The position numbers and the translations under genes were made by a program. Source: Paraspadella gotoi (taxonomy: Eukaryota; Animalia; Chaetognatha). Taken from it: a stretch of 39,306 nt of DNA. Position 1 is the first letter of the stretch. Each line of letters begins with the position of its first letter. Below, in pieces: positions 24,410 through 37,287 of the stretch. The notes under the pieces were generated by a model. That model saw nothing but the letters and a program-made list of their open reading frames with translations, was not told the origin of the DNA and did no database searches. Where the stretch lies: positions 1-39,306 of the forward strand of contig JBJCIZ010000384.1 of assembly GCA_051294375.1 (NCBI GenBank), given 5' to 3'.

Positions 24410-24507
24410 CTTCGCCCTGTGCCCGACCAGGTTCTGCATCTCCTTCATGGCGTCGCGTTGATCACGGAAATGATGCAACGTTTTCTCGATGATGGCGTCG
24501 TTCCCCT
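24410..24507 (-). CDS. F-BAR/FCH-domain protein, exon A (N-terminal FCH helix; the true first exon was not found)
   Basis: Pyrimidine tract plus TAG acceptor and GTGAG donor. Reads (E)GNDAIIEKTLHHFRDQRDAMKEMQNLVGHRAK and joins phase 0 to the next exon, giving the FCH signature RAxxExxYA. Confidence 0.75.
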
Positions 24508-25899
24508 CTAAATGGAGGAGAGAGAGATCTACCGACTCAGTGCAAAAAAAATCGTGTCCACTTGTTATACACTAAAGGCTCGTCATAATATATATTCTAT
24601 AATAATAAATTCTAAATGTGAGCAGAACAATTAGATCATTTTATCTAATGATACAGTATTATGTTAATTAAAAACAACTTTTAATAATATTTACAGATTA
24701 CGCAGCTTATGTCCATATTTTTATACTAGTACTAAACCTATATAAATGTTAATAATTTTCAAAACAGTTTTGTTCTAAGATTTTTTTGCTAGATTTGGAT
24801 TCGATCATAACAAAGTGATGGAAAAAGAAAATTAACTCTTTTTGATAAAATCATTGCATTAGGTGGTTCAAAAATTAAAAAAAGCTATATTTTAAGCTGA
24901 AAATTTATTTTGCATATATTAAAATATAGTTTTTTAAATTTTAACCCACTTATGACAAGAATTTTTAAAAATCGATTTATATTTCTCTTTATATAGCCAT
25001 AGCGATTGAAGATTTTTAATATGCTAGATGTTTATACAGTGTTAAATACTAATCTTATCTATGATCCATGGTATTATGGGTATTAAAATATTTTTTTATC
25101 AAAAATGCTTTTCTTCTGAGGGTACTCGGCCTAATTAAAAACTATTATATACTATTAGAGCAAAAAATATTTTTTTATAAATCTTAAAATTTTATGTTAG
25201 TTGAGATTCTGATAGATGCATAAAAAGTTAATACAAAGATAATTTATATATTATCATGCTTTTAAAGAAATTCATTCGTTTTCTATAGTGAAAAATTAAA
25301 TATAAAACTGATAAATATTCATCGAAATGATGATGATGATGTTGATGATTTTTTCTATTTTTCTTATGTTTTTGACACACTATCATAAAAAATATTTATA
25401 AAAGAATGATACTTTGTGTAAACACTTTTTATCTGTATGAGCATTACTTGATCTGTCTTAAATTATAAAATTTCACAAAAAATTTCACGCCTTTCTCTCT
25501 TACTCTATAAAATAATATAAAAAATTACTTATAGGGTATAGAGCCATCAATTAAAAAATGTCTAATATCGTTTGAGGCATGTTACCACTCAAAATTTTTG
25601 ACTCACCCCATTGAGGTGCGGCCTACCCCTACTTTTATCAACTTTTTGACGAGGAATTAAAATCTGCAATCAAAATTAAGAAAAGCCTATTTTGTAATTA
25701 GTTATATATTTAAATATAGCCACCTACTGCAAAAATTAAAAAACTTAAAAATTAATTTTTTTTTACAAATTAATGTTCACAGATGGTATGTGTTCATAAT
25801 GACTTTTAGAATTTTTCGTATGTTAATTTCACTACACTCTTATCTATACACGCGGCGCAAAGTAGCTTTAAATACCCCACTATTTTTTTTTAATTTTAG

Positions 25900-27062
25900 G
25901 AAAACTATTTTATTGAAAAAGTATAGCTTTTTTAAATAGCTATCGATTGGTGCAAAAAAATAAATGAATTGGTTGAGGCAGTAGAATATAGCAAGACTTT
26001 AAAAATTTAAGGAGTCTAAAAACGGAATCTGGGAGTGTGCTATTTTTAGAAGTTAAGTGATGATACTTTTTTTTGTCTCATGATAAAGATTCTTTTTCTA
26101 TATAGTTTCCTTACTTATTTTAATTTGATTTCGGTCAAAAATGGTTAACACCTATCTCTACAGATACTTTATGCTAAATTTGTTTAGCAAATTTTATATT
26201 ATAAACATTTTATAATAAGGAAAAGTCAATGACATTTGTTGACTAACAAAAATAAATTAATTTCTTATTTTTTTGTTTTTTGTTTTTTAATTTTAAAAAA
26301 ATATTTATGAAAAGTATAGCTTTTTTAAAAAGCTATCGATTGGTGCAAAAAAAATTGAATTGGTTGAGGCAGTAGAATATAGCAAGACTTTAAAATCAGA
26401 GTCTAAAAACGGAATTGGGAAAATATGATGTTAAGAAGTTAATTTGATGTTACTTCTTTTTTTGTCTGATGATAAAAGATTGTCCTTAAAAAGTATTCAC
26501 ATTAAAAAGAATAAACTTAAAACAGTAAATAGAAATGAAGGAAATTTGAGCACCGAATGGGATAAGGCCCTTAAGGTCACCTTTGAAAATAAAAGACAGA
26601 AATCATTTTGCCAGAGTGAGGAGAATGGATTTTTAGCCAAATGGAAGAGTAGATACCTTACCTAAAACTGTTTTATAAATTTTGTATCTCATTTTGTTAT
26701 GCACCTTTGAGGGAGACAGAAGTCTCTGAAGATCAGTGCTTATTTAAAAATAAATATTATGTTACTTCCAGAAATCATTTGTTTCCTTTTATATTATTGG
26801 CATCAAAAGACCAAATCAAACTATTAACTACTAAATCTTCTGCCAAAATCATGACTCTGAAACAAATAAGATTCTTTTTCTATATAGTTTCCTTACTTAT
26901 TTTAATTTGATTTAGGTCAAAAATGGTTAACACCTATCTCTACAGACACTCTATGCTAAATTTGTTCAGCCAATTTTTTATTATAAACATTTTATAATAA
27001 GGAAAAGTTAATGATATTTGTTGACTAACAAAAAAAAACTAATTTCTTCTTTTTTCTTTTTT
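25900..27062 (+). repeat. Tandem duplication of a unit of about 380 bp; the second copy carries an insertion
   Basis: About 25915-26285 matches 26309-26481 plus 26874-27062. Confidence 0.85.
26482..26867 (+). mobile_element. 5'-truncated Penelope-like insertion (endonuclease C-terminus)
   Basis: Absent from the adjacent duplicate and flanked by AAGATT on both sides. Encodes SIHIKKNKLKTVNRNEGNLSTEWDKAL, resembling the PLE terminal motif I......NR..G.L...W. Confidence 0.6.
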
Positions 27063-27198
27063 TTGTACCAATCGACCTTTGTCGTACTTTAACTTTCGAA
27101 TGCTTTGCTCGATTTATTGGGATTTGGAGCTATCGCTTCATCTTTCAAAAAGCTTTGTTTTTTGTTTCTACCCCGTGTCCGTTCGCGAGTGATACCAA

Positions 27199-27961
27199 AA
27201 CAAGTTTGAGCAAACAATGTCGGATCTGCCCACGANNNNNNNNNNNNNNNNNNNNNNNNNTCATTGTCCGGTAAATTAATTATTAATTAATCCAAGTTAA
27301 TTAATTGACCAAATTAATTAATTGATTTTTGATCCGAAATGTTTGTTTTGATTGATTAATTAACTTGATTAATTAATTATTGATTAGAATTAATTGACTA
27401 ATTTATTTAAGTAAACCTGAATTAATTATTTGATTAATTAATTCTACATCTTGCATTATATTTAATATAGAAAAGCGAAAATAAGCCATAAATCAATTAG
27501 TGAAACTGGTTTTTGCGTTTTTTTTTCCTATTTAAACTCATTTCCACTTGGTCGATTCCATTCAACTCATATCCAGCTTCAATCACACATCTTCCCTACA
27601 CACACACAAAACTTTCATTCATCATCCATCCAATCACGATTATTCTTTTTTATAAGGTGGGATGGAGCGACGGGTTATGGACATCATTTTTTGTGCATAA
27701 TTATTTATCATTTGTTGTATTATACTTTCTTTCGTTTGTGCTTTCTGAGTTATTTGAGATTAAAGACGAAGTCTTGATACATCAACGATTTTATTTTTAT
27801 TGCCGTATATAGACAAGTTTCGGCTTTCAATTAAGCCATTTATTCAGCACTGATATAAGTGAATGGCCCCGACAATATTTGAGGGGCGCGGACCGGATGG
27901 ACCGACATACGTGAATTATAGAGTTCCGGGATCTGCTAATATGCAGATCTGACCTAAAAAA
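27199..27961 (-). mobile_element. DINE-1/HINE-like element, copy E, with a nested pLTR piece (degenerate hammerhead at 27805-27856)
   Basis: Both family ends are present, with the terminal hairpin GATCTGC-taatat-GCAGATC. The nested minus-strand piece reads CTGAATAAAT-GGCTT..AAGCC-GAAAC-TTGTC. Confidence 0.7.
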
Positions 27962-28299
27962 TACAGCATGACATTTTTCCTCATCTGCGATGAATATTTA
28001 AAAATTTTTCTTTTTCACATTCTAGAGCCCCAAAGTAGGGTGTACGTTTCTTATATTTTAATTTTCTAAAATTTGATTTTACCATTTACCTTAGCGTGTC
28101 CTACAGCACGGTTCCAGGTTCGTTACTGCCTGTGTTCAGTGGTGTTAACTTTTGTTTCATAATTTAATGCAGCGTTGCGGGAAGGGGCTTTCTCATTCTT
28201 CCCAATCGAGAAACCCCGAAAAAATTAAAACCTTTATCCCAAAAAAAACCAATATAAACCGATTTCTAAGGAACTCGCTTGGGTTGCCCTATCGATCTT

Positions 28300-31200
28300 A
28301 GCTCCAATAATATTACCTTGAACCAATTTAATTTGAGAATTTCGATTCGGTCGCTTCTCCTCCGGAGTTTCACCGCTCCGCACGCGCGACACGTGCCTCT
28401 GCCCGCCTCAATTCGAGTCTGGGCGTTTCCAAGGGAAATAACGCAGCTGCTCTACCACGCTCCCTTTTTTCGTGCGATGCAGCGAGAACGGCGCTACCGC
28501 GCATGCCATCCTTACTTCTGCCGATGTGCTGCACGAGAAATCAAGGCAGGCTTCTCCGTTTCCCCGGCTCGTCCAGAAACGAGGTCAGCGCGAGCGTTGA
28601 CGCCCTGCCGCCCCGCTTCGCGACCGCGGCTCTTTTTCATAGCGGCCGCTCCCTCAACCTTTCATGTCGGTCGGAGATTCGCCGGCCAAGTCCCCGCTGT
28701 TGGCGCCCATCAGGATTTCCGCGCCACGCTTTCTCGCTCCGCTGCCCACCGCCACCTTCTTTTTTGGTATGCCAGGATAGCGCAGGTGGAATCGGCCGCT
28801 CAAACTCGTACGCTTCTAGAAAATCGTTGCTATGCGCCCAAACCTCGCTGGCCGACATTGCCGCCCATCGTTTTTCCGCTCGAAGTCTTCCTTCAAGCCG
28901 CAAGTTGGACCAAGGTAAGTCTGATTCCCCGCCAAAACGTCGGGAGTCGTCATTCGGGAAGGGCCGGGATTGTCGTCCCGGCGAATGACTGCGAAACGCT
29001 TCCCTCTGCGCGTCGCCGCCTCGTCCGACCCTCCCAGGTTTTAGGCTGTGAACCGCCCATGGTACTCGAGTTTCTCGGATCACGGATCTTTTTCCACGCC
29101 GACGCTTCTTCGGAAGCCCCCGTCGGAGGTCTCGGCTTCGTCTCTTTCAATAAGGAGGACGCTCTGTTGGCGAGACGTCGCCCATTCTCGATAGCTTCTC
29201 GGCGATGCCATCTCGAGGGGGCGAAGCAGTTCCAGCACGCTTCCGTCTCCCCTCGGTACGAGGACACCATCTTGCTGGGACCGAGACGCCTTGGTCGACG
29301 CTGGGCTGGAGATTGCGGGCGGCTTTGGAGAAGAACGCCTTCGAGGTATCCCGGTTTTTCTCCGGGCTTTCTTTTCCAAGCTTTTCCTCGCCATTACGAT
29401 AGTAAGATGGAGGCTGCGCGCCGATTTTTGGAACTTTTAAAAAAAGCTCTATTCTTCGTTTCCTTCGCTCGCCTTAAATTGCCGGATGGAAGGAGCCTCC
29501 GGACGTTTCGAAGGATGTTTCGACCGCATGCGATTGGGTGCCTCGCATAGACCTTCGGTATGCTTTATCTCCATTCTTCCGATCCACGAGATTCATCGGA
29601 AATTTTTGCCGCTTCCATTTGGAAGGCGCCGCATCTTCATGAGTCCTCTTCCATTCGGTCCTCTCGACAGGGCCCTTGGCTTTCACCAAGTCGACGAGAC
29701 CCTTAGTGCTAGTGGGCTTCCGCCAACAGGGGATTTCGATGCCTCTTTATTTAAGTCGACATCTTTGATCCTGGGCATCTTCGGCGGTTACGTTGTCGAC
29801 GAGCACTCGAAGGCGGTGGCTTACTCAATGAGGGCGGGGTCCATCATCCACCTTCAGAGGTCAAGGCCTTGCCCCATCTCAGAGATTCGATCTCCTCCGG
29901 TTTCGTTTAGGACAGCCTTCCCCATTTCCATCGCCGCTTTCCCGGAGACAGTCTTCGACTCTTCGCGCTCTCGCAGGCAGGAATCTTTGTCGGTCAACGG
30001 ACCGCACCCACGTGGCCGTCAGTGCCTTTCAGCTTCTTAGGCTTTCGGACGTCGGCGTCCTTTGGGCAGTTCCGCTGCTGCGTTGCCGCGTCTTTCGAGG
30101 ATTCAACTAGACGTCAATCGCGTTCTGTCTACAAGTCGTGAGAAGGATCTCGACCGCGTCGTTTCCTCTCCCACTCGCCCGTGCCGATGGAGGAGCTGCG
30201 GTGGATCGCAGCCCTTTCTCCAGACCAGTGCTTCGCTCCGATCGACGACCCTCCTCCCGGAGGTCTGCACGCAGGACATGGTGACGACGGCATTGCTTTC
30301 GTCGGCAGGGATGAAGTCTCTCCTTCAGGACCAGCTTCGAGGGAAACCTGGTCGTCTGCGGATGCACCTCTCCTTTTCCAATGTGACGGAGGTTCACAAT
30401 TCTGATGCGCATTCTTTCCTTCCAACGATTTCGGAGCTTCCGTCCACGCGCGCGTTTCCATCCTATGCCGAAGACTGGACAGCCTCGTCTATTGCCTTCG
30501 TCGGTCTGCGTTCGCAGCAGGTCGCGGCTCTCCACGAAGTTAGTCTGGGAGACACTTCTTCCTTACCTCCTAATCCTGAGGGTCCAAGGTTCAGGAGGCT
30601 CCATCTCTCTTCGAAGGAGGTTGCTCATCACGGCCGCGGCGTCGGGCGTCCGCAACCGGTTGGCGGACTGGAAACCCTCCGAGGGTCCCCATTCAGTTAT
30701 GGTGACATATTAATACCATATTTCAACGGATAACTTAACCCAGCATTTAACTGGGTCGATCTATTCTTCGTTCGAATCTCCTATAAAATAATCACTTTTA
30801 AGACAGGTCAACCGTACGATGCTCAAGTTCCACGTTTTTCGCCTGGAAGGCGACAGTCTCGCTGCGAGTGCTCGGGACCAGGGCGGATAGACGCCTTGCG
30901 TCGCAACACTGGGTCTTCGAGACCTGAAGCCTGACATCTCCTTTTCTCTCTCTCCTCCTCTTCTGCTAAGTATAGTGGGATCGAATATGGTCCGCAAGTG
31001 TGACAGAAGAAGAGAACATATGAGCAAGGATAGCGGGCTTCTACAACAATACATAATATATATACACTGCATGCTATCTGTCACGCTCTAATTGGTCCGC
31101 GTCTGCGTGCCCCCAATGTGACGGCGTTCAAGACTCTATCCCCCCTTCTTTCGTGATATATTAGTGGTAAACTTCGACAGATTGGTAATTAATTACAATG

Positions 31201-31388
31201 CTATAAATTACGTTGACAGTTCACAGATTAAATTACTAACATTCATACATTGTATCACGTACTTAGAATCTCGTGTTCCGGGCTTGCCGCTAACATACAC
31301 GTGTGGTAATTAGCGGATCGCTTGTCAGGTTCTCAGCTACTTATTCTGTAGAGGTTTTTTAGAGCTTAGGCCAATGGTAATTGCCACA
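28300..31388 (-). mobile_element. 5' half of an LTR retrotransposon: LTR (31117-31388), PBS, leader and frameshifted GC-rich gag-like region
   Basis: Minus strand reads TGTGGCAA...GTCACA immediately followed by TTGGGGGCACG (similar to the tRNA-Pro PBS TGGGGGCTCG), then about 2.4 kb of purine-rich, GC-rich broken ORFs. No pol motifs or 3' LTR recognised. Confidence 0.45.
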
Positions 31389-31679
31389 ATATCTACATCC
31401 TCTTGTATCCCCAAAATGTTTGTTTTTGATTTGAAAAATGACTGAGTTCTATAATCGTTTAAATCGTGATTGTGCACTGTCTCCAATCCTCTCCGTAACT
31501 ACTGCACTGATCGGACTGGTGATATTACTGAAGAGATGGCTACACCTGATTAATTTTTTTGATTTATATTTCTACACACGAGTACCATTTGCACTGGCTA
31601 ACGCAGAGCCTTTGGAGCCTCATTCTCTTGCGATACTTCCTTCAGGATGAGAGGTAATCGTGCGTGCATCCGTCCATCT

Positions 31680-32276
31680 CTCTTTTTTTTTTCCACTCGG
31701 ACGATTCCATCGAAACTTCAAATCCAGCTTCAGCACACACTTTCCTACCCACATACAAAATTTCAGGTCAATCGCCCCTGTCAATCGTCAGAGCAAGACG
31801 GTGTCAGAACTTGAGACAGAATAAGTCAGTACAGAAATGGTCAGCTATTTATAGTGAACAATCGGATCAACAACATGGGCTCGGTTTCCCGATGGCATGA
31901 AGCCCGTCTTCTCATTGGTTGATTCCTGACGATGATTCATCCAATCGGCGAGTCCTTGGTAGATTTTATCCGAGTCGCGGATCCGATTCAATTCTTGGTT
32001 CTGATTCCATCTGAAATGCACTCATGAGTAATTGGCGTTCAAACAGTTAAATATATTTTTTTGTTTTTTCCATTTAAACTCATTTCCACTGGGACGATTC
32101 CATCGAAACTTCATGTCCAGATCAATCACACACTTCCATACTCACACACAAAATTTCATTCCAATCCATCCATCCACTCACGAGCTATTGGATTTTTTTG
32201 CTAAGGTGGGACGGACAGACGGACGGAAGGACGGACGGATGGACAGACGGACAGACATCGTTTTTTTTGCATAATT
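31680..32276 (-). mobile_element. HINE fragment with an insert of about 230 bp (31783-32018, possible solo LTR)
   Basis: Family subrepeats and a GGAC/AGAC microsatellite. The insert has a minus-strand CTATAAATA and CCAAT boxes. Confidence 0.6.
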
Positions 32277-34080
32277 TTCGAAACCTTTATTATTAATACA
32301 AATCGTTGTTAATGGCTGATCTAAAACTTTTGTTTCTTTACATCAACCTTAATAAATAAGTGAAACCACCATTAAAATGCTCATTGGTACACATAATTGC
32401 TTCATATGTTCTCTAATTGTACTGGAATTTCTTCCATAAAATACGACATAAGAACTAAACCCGACATTTTTTTTTCATTTACTCATAATTATTTACATTT
32501 TTGCTTTTATATTAAGATTCAATCAAACTAGGTTCATACGTTTTTTCGCTCAATATTTTTTTTTTTTTTTGTGTTTGACTTAAGAAAGAGGCTTAATGAT
32601 TGATTTGTTTTTCTGAACTAATCAATCATTCTGTTTAAAACTATAGCATAATGAAACTTGAACTGTTACGTTAATAATGTTTTATTAATAAGTTTAATTC
32701 ACGCTCTACGCTTTTAGACTTGGCAATATAAATAAGAAAATGACGCATGCATTAGACCATAGGCAGCACAGCCTTCTACGCGGATCGCTAATTTACTTTC
32801 TTACAAAGCAGACACCACTCTCATTCAGGGTCATCCGTAAGAATTCTACCCCCAAAGAGTCAAGAATGATCTAAAAAGAAGGAAGAAAAGTTTTGGTTTA
32901 CCCTATTGTCCAGCATAAAATTGTTTGACATATTCTTTTTTATTGTATCGTTGGGTCGCATTTATAATCGTATTACCTTAATGCTATATCTAATTTAAAT
33001 ATAAATATTTTTTCCCCTTAGTTTATTATGTTTGATAGCATATCACAAAACATTACTTGAACTCAATAAAAAATGCAATCTAGCTATACTAATAAAAAGG
33101 CCAAGACCCAAGTAGATTATTTTTACTTGAATTTTATTAAATGAAAATACTGATTTTAGATTTGAATCTGTTTTAAAACTAGTATAAAGTTTACCATTTC
33201 TTGGAGAAAAAAATTTAGTCATGGCACAAAAGTAGTAACTTGGGCCATTTTCCAATAAGCTTTTGTCCAGCCAATTTTGATATTTACTAAAAGCAAAGAA
33301 CTCAGCAGATTCTGAAAATATTGATGTTTTAATTCTAAATTTGAGGCAGTTCTCTCCGTTGTAATAAAGGCGCAAATTTAACGCCAGAAGAGCTCAAAAA
33401 TTCCTAAAGAGTTACTGGAGAATCAAATTATAAATTTTAATCATTTTTTAATTTTTCTTTAGTTTTTAAAGTTTTAATAATTGAAAGTATTTTGATTTTA
33501 TTTGTCAATAGTACTGCCTAAATATTATTCCTTTAATATTTATTCTTTACAAAATTTCCAGGAATACACTTTTTTATGTTGGTATTTTATCAAAAACTAA
33601 TGATCATCTTTATATTTTTTTTATATTATATAATATTATATAATTTTATTATAAACACTTATTAAAAATAAAAAGGTTTAATTAAAAAAATATAAAGTCA
33701 CACAAAAAATAATATTTAAAATTAAATCAAGTATTGATTTAATCATTATTTGGTTAAAGTAAATAACTTTAAATTAATTTCACATATAAGATTACGATCA
33801 AAAACGAAAAACGCCAAAAAGTCCATCGATCATTGGAAACTCTGGAGAGTTCCTTTCGTAAGTTTTTCCAGGTTTTATTCAGTCCCAAATGTCTTCATAC
33901 AGACAAAAGATTCCTTCATCTGGGTAATTAAAAAATTTGGGTAACTCTACTATACATTTTGAATATAAGCAAAATTTTATAGAGAATCTTGATCAGAACT
34001 TGAGTCAAACGATGCGCATCTCTAGCAGGAAGGAAGGAAAGGCCATCCTACATTCTCTTTCTCTCTTCTCTAATACAAAC

Positions 34081-34533
34081 CAGATCAGCGACATTCAACG
34101 TGGGTGTTTTGAAATTTCAGTTTAGCAAACCCTGGCCGAGAGTCTGAGGATAGTACGAAATGAAAGCCCAAACCTTTTTGCCGTGTCACCCAATTTTTCA
34201 TCGCGTAGTTCGCCTCTATACTGGGTGGGAAAGAGACATCTAACTTACAAAATGATCTTATTAATTATTATTATTAATTATTATTATTACATTATTATTA
34301 ATTATATATGTTCATAGAATTTAAAAAATGGAGACAAAATAAGGTTATGACACCACGGCGAACCCCTGTCTCAGGAACGCTAATCGACTGCAGATGACTT
34401 TTTTCGCGGGATCCGAGCCGAATCGTCTGGCAATGGCTCACCTTCGCCCTGTGCCCGACCCAAAAGTTCTTGCATCATCCTTCATGGCGTCAAACGTTGA
34501 TCACCGGCAAATGATACGTTTTCTCGATGATGC
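34081..34533 (-). pseudogene. Frameshifted copy of F-BAR exon B (34081-34220) and truncated exon A (34442-34533)
   Basis: Aligns to 24095-24495 including the intron, with many small insertions. Exon A is cut off by repeat DNA. Confidence 0.68.
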
Positions 34534-34664
34534 CACAATTGACTCCCAAAACCCTTAAAGAAGATGGAAGAGTAGCCACTTTCGTTAGCTTTAAATAGCC
34601 CCACCTATTTTGTTTTCTTTTTTTAATTTATAAGAAAATAAATTTATTAAAGGTCATATCACGC

Positions 34665-35867
34665 TTTTTAAGTCGGATCCCGACTCTGTATTTCACAATT
34701 TGTTGGTCCGTCGGTCCGCCCTCAATCTTGTCGGGCAAGTCACATATATCATGTCGAATTAAAATATAAAAACTATGCAAAAAAAATGATAAATCCGTTC
34801 CGTCCGTTACTGTCTGTCTGTCTGCCCGTCGATCCCACCTTAGGAAAAACTCCAAATTACTCGTGATTGGATTGATGGATTGAATAAAATTTTGTGTGTG
34901 GGATAGGGGAATTGTGTGATTTGAGTTGGATATAAAGTCTTCGATGGAATCGTGCAGTGGAAATGAGTTTAAATGGAAAAAACAAATAAAATCCTATTTC
35001 ACATAATTTCAGCGGACCAATTACTCCATAAGGTGGACCGGTGGGCGATTGTCTTGAAACTTTGAATGTGGGGTAGGAAGTTGTAATTAAACTGGAAATC
35101 AAGTTTTGCGATGGAATCTGTTTGAGTGGAAATTGAAGTATTCAGAAAAAAAATTTTTAAAAGCAATAAGTGAGTGGAAATTAGTTTAAATGGAAAAACA
35201 TAAGTTCGGGATTTACTAAAATATTTTTACTCTAATTTTAACCAATAAATACATCTAATTAATCGGCATAATCTGGATGGATAGATTGAGTTTGAAATTT
35301 TGTGTGTGGGTAGGAAGAATGTGGTGACGAAGCTTGAATATACGAAGTTTTTGGTTGGAAAACGTAACCAGTGGACACAATGAGTTAAATGAAAAAAATA
35401 TGAAGTCACATTATTACTTTGAATCGTTTTATATTTATGTTTAACCGCATGATATGATTGAGATGAAATTTTGTGAGCCGGTACGATAATAAAGTTTTTG
35501 AAACGGAAGCAAGTTGAAAAATTATGCAAGTTAAACAAAATCTTGAAAGCATACAGGATCGTCGCAATTGCATAAAAGAGAGAAGAGAGAGAAACAAGAG
35601 AGTGAGAGAGAGGAGAGAGAGAGTGAGAAGGACAGGACATAAAATAAAATAGAGGATGCTTGCATTTGTTTTGTTTTGATAAAATGTAAACAAACAACAT
35701 TTAATAACTGTCCTGCACTCAATTTTTTTAAGGACATCGATGATGAAGCAAGCTGAATATAAATTATAATTAATTATTAAATATTACATTAATTAATTAA
35801 TCGATTAAATTAATTAATTTAATTATCGTAGGGCAGATGCCGACATTGTTTGCGTCAAACTCTGTTT
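34665..35867 (+). mobile_element. DINE-1/HINE-like element, copy G (reverse-complement relative of copy A)
   Basis: TTTTTAAGTCGGATC start, (GTCY)n, subrepeats, AG tract, and 3' GCAGATGCCGACATTGTTTGCGTCAAAC. Confidence 0.78.
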
Positions 35868-36288
35868 AAGGAATAGTACTAAATATAAACTATAGGCCGA
35901 CTGTGAAAATTAAAAAACATAAAATTAATTTTTTTTACCAAATTAATTGTTCAACCTGATGGTATGTTGTTCATCAAATTGAACTTTTAGAATTTTCCGT
36001 ACTGTAACTTTTACTACGACGCCCGTCAATCTCCAAACCTCTTAATTAAAAAGTTGTTGTTACAATTTCAAAATACTTTGCTTTCTCTAAAATATCAAAT
36101 AAACAACGAAAAAGAAAAGGAATTATCGCATCAATATAAAAATAAAAAAAAGCATAATCATATTAGTGAAACAGGCTTTTTTGTTTTTTCCGTTTAAACT
36201 CATTTCCACTCAGAATGATTCCATCGAAACTGATTTCTAGCTTAATCAAGGCACTTTTTTTTTTACTAAAATCCCACAATACAAAATT

Positions 36289-37004
36289 TCAAGTCAATCG
36301 CCCCATCAGCATCTGCTGTTGCATCAAAAGTTGTCGACTGGCTTTGTTTTCTGTGTTGTCGTCTGAATCTGTCAATGCTTGAAGCGACTGCGCCGAATCT
36401 GCAGGCTTTGCACTGACTTTGTTTTCTGGGGCATCCTCAGATTGCCCTTGCGACAGCATCTGGCCGGCGCTCTCCTCGAATCCCTCATCAATTTGTGTTT
36501 GTAATGACGGTCTTTTGCCAGCGACTTCTTCAGTCTTGAAGGTTAAAGTTGCGTCGATCGTCATATCAATACCGTTCAAATCTTTTCCTTCTGGTGCCTT
36601 TGCTTCCAGGGCAGTCATGGCGGCTGCAGTGGCTGCACCTGCTGCTGACACTTTTTCCGAAAAAAAATCTGTGTCAACATTGAGGGACTTCAACTCGTCG
36701 ACGGCTGTCTTCCTTCGCTGGCGCCACTGATCATGCAGTTCCATCTCTCTCTCCAAGCAATCCACAAAGGTTTGCATGATCTGCTTGCTTCTCAGCTTCT
36801 CCTCGGCCTCGAGGTTGTTGAAGATGGTTTGCTGCTGCCCGCGAGACTGCTCCACCACGAGTTCCAACTCCATCATCGAGCTTGAAAGCGCCAACTCAGA
36901 ATCTTCTTTATTCATCTTCAGACGGCTCATTTTATCGTCGTGATCATTGGACTTCTTCAGTTTTTTGCTAAAAAAATGTTTCTTCTTGTCCTTTGTCGAG
37001 TTTT
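36289..37004 (-). CDS. F-BAR protein paralog 2, exon D (end of F-BAR plus acidic low-complexity tail)
   Basis: TTCCAG acceptor after a 93-nt intron. The phase-1 junction gives ENSTKDKKKH..., open to TGA at 36289. Contains F..LE.EE..R and L..LNVDTD, typical of the last F-BAR helices. Confidence 0.78.
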
Positions 37005-37097
37005 CTGGAAATGGTGAATGGAAGGAGAAATTTTTTGCATATCTATCGGCATACAGAATTTGACAAAAATCACATTGCCCCGCCATTTACCACTTAC

Positions 37098-37287
37098 CCA
37101 CTGCCACCTTGTCCATGAGCTCATCCAAATCCTTCTGTTTTGTCACCACCATTTTTTCTACATCCTTTACGCGTTTTGTTGCCGTCGCCACTTCCGTAGC
37201 TGCTTCCCCCAGAGAACGCTCATGTTCCTTGATACAATCTTTTAAATCCATGCTGGCCTGTCCCACGTCTTCACTGTATTTTTTGAG
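37098..37287 (-). CDS. F-BAR protein paralog 2, exon C
   Basis: AAAG acceptor, GTAAGT donor, 190 nt. Reads LKKYSEDVGQASMDLKDCIKEHERSLGEAATEVATATKRVKDVEKMVVTKQKDLDELMDKVAV. Confidence 0.78.

Noticed and set aside
28279-29550. 423-aa plus-strand ORF (and the following 184- and 223-aa ORFs)
   Set aside because: Non-ATG start, Arg/Ser/Pro/Ala-rich with no motif. The A-poor strand of a GC-rich block lacks stops by composition, so these are most likely shadow ORFs.
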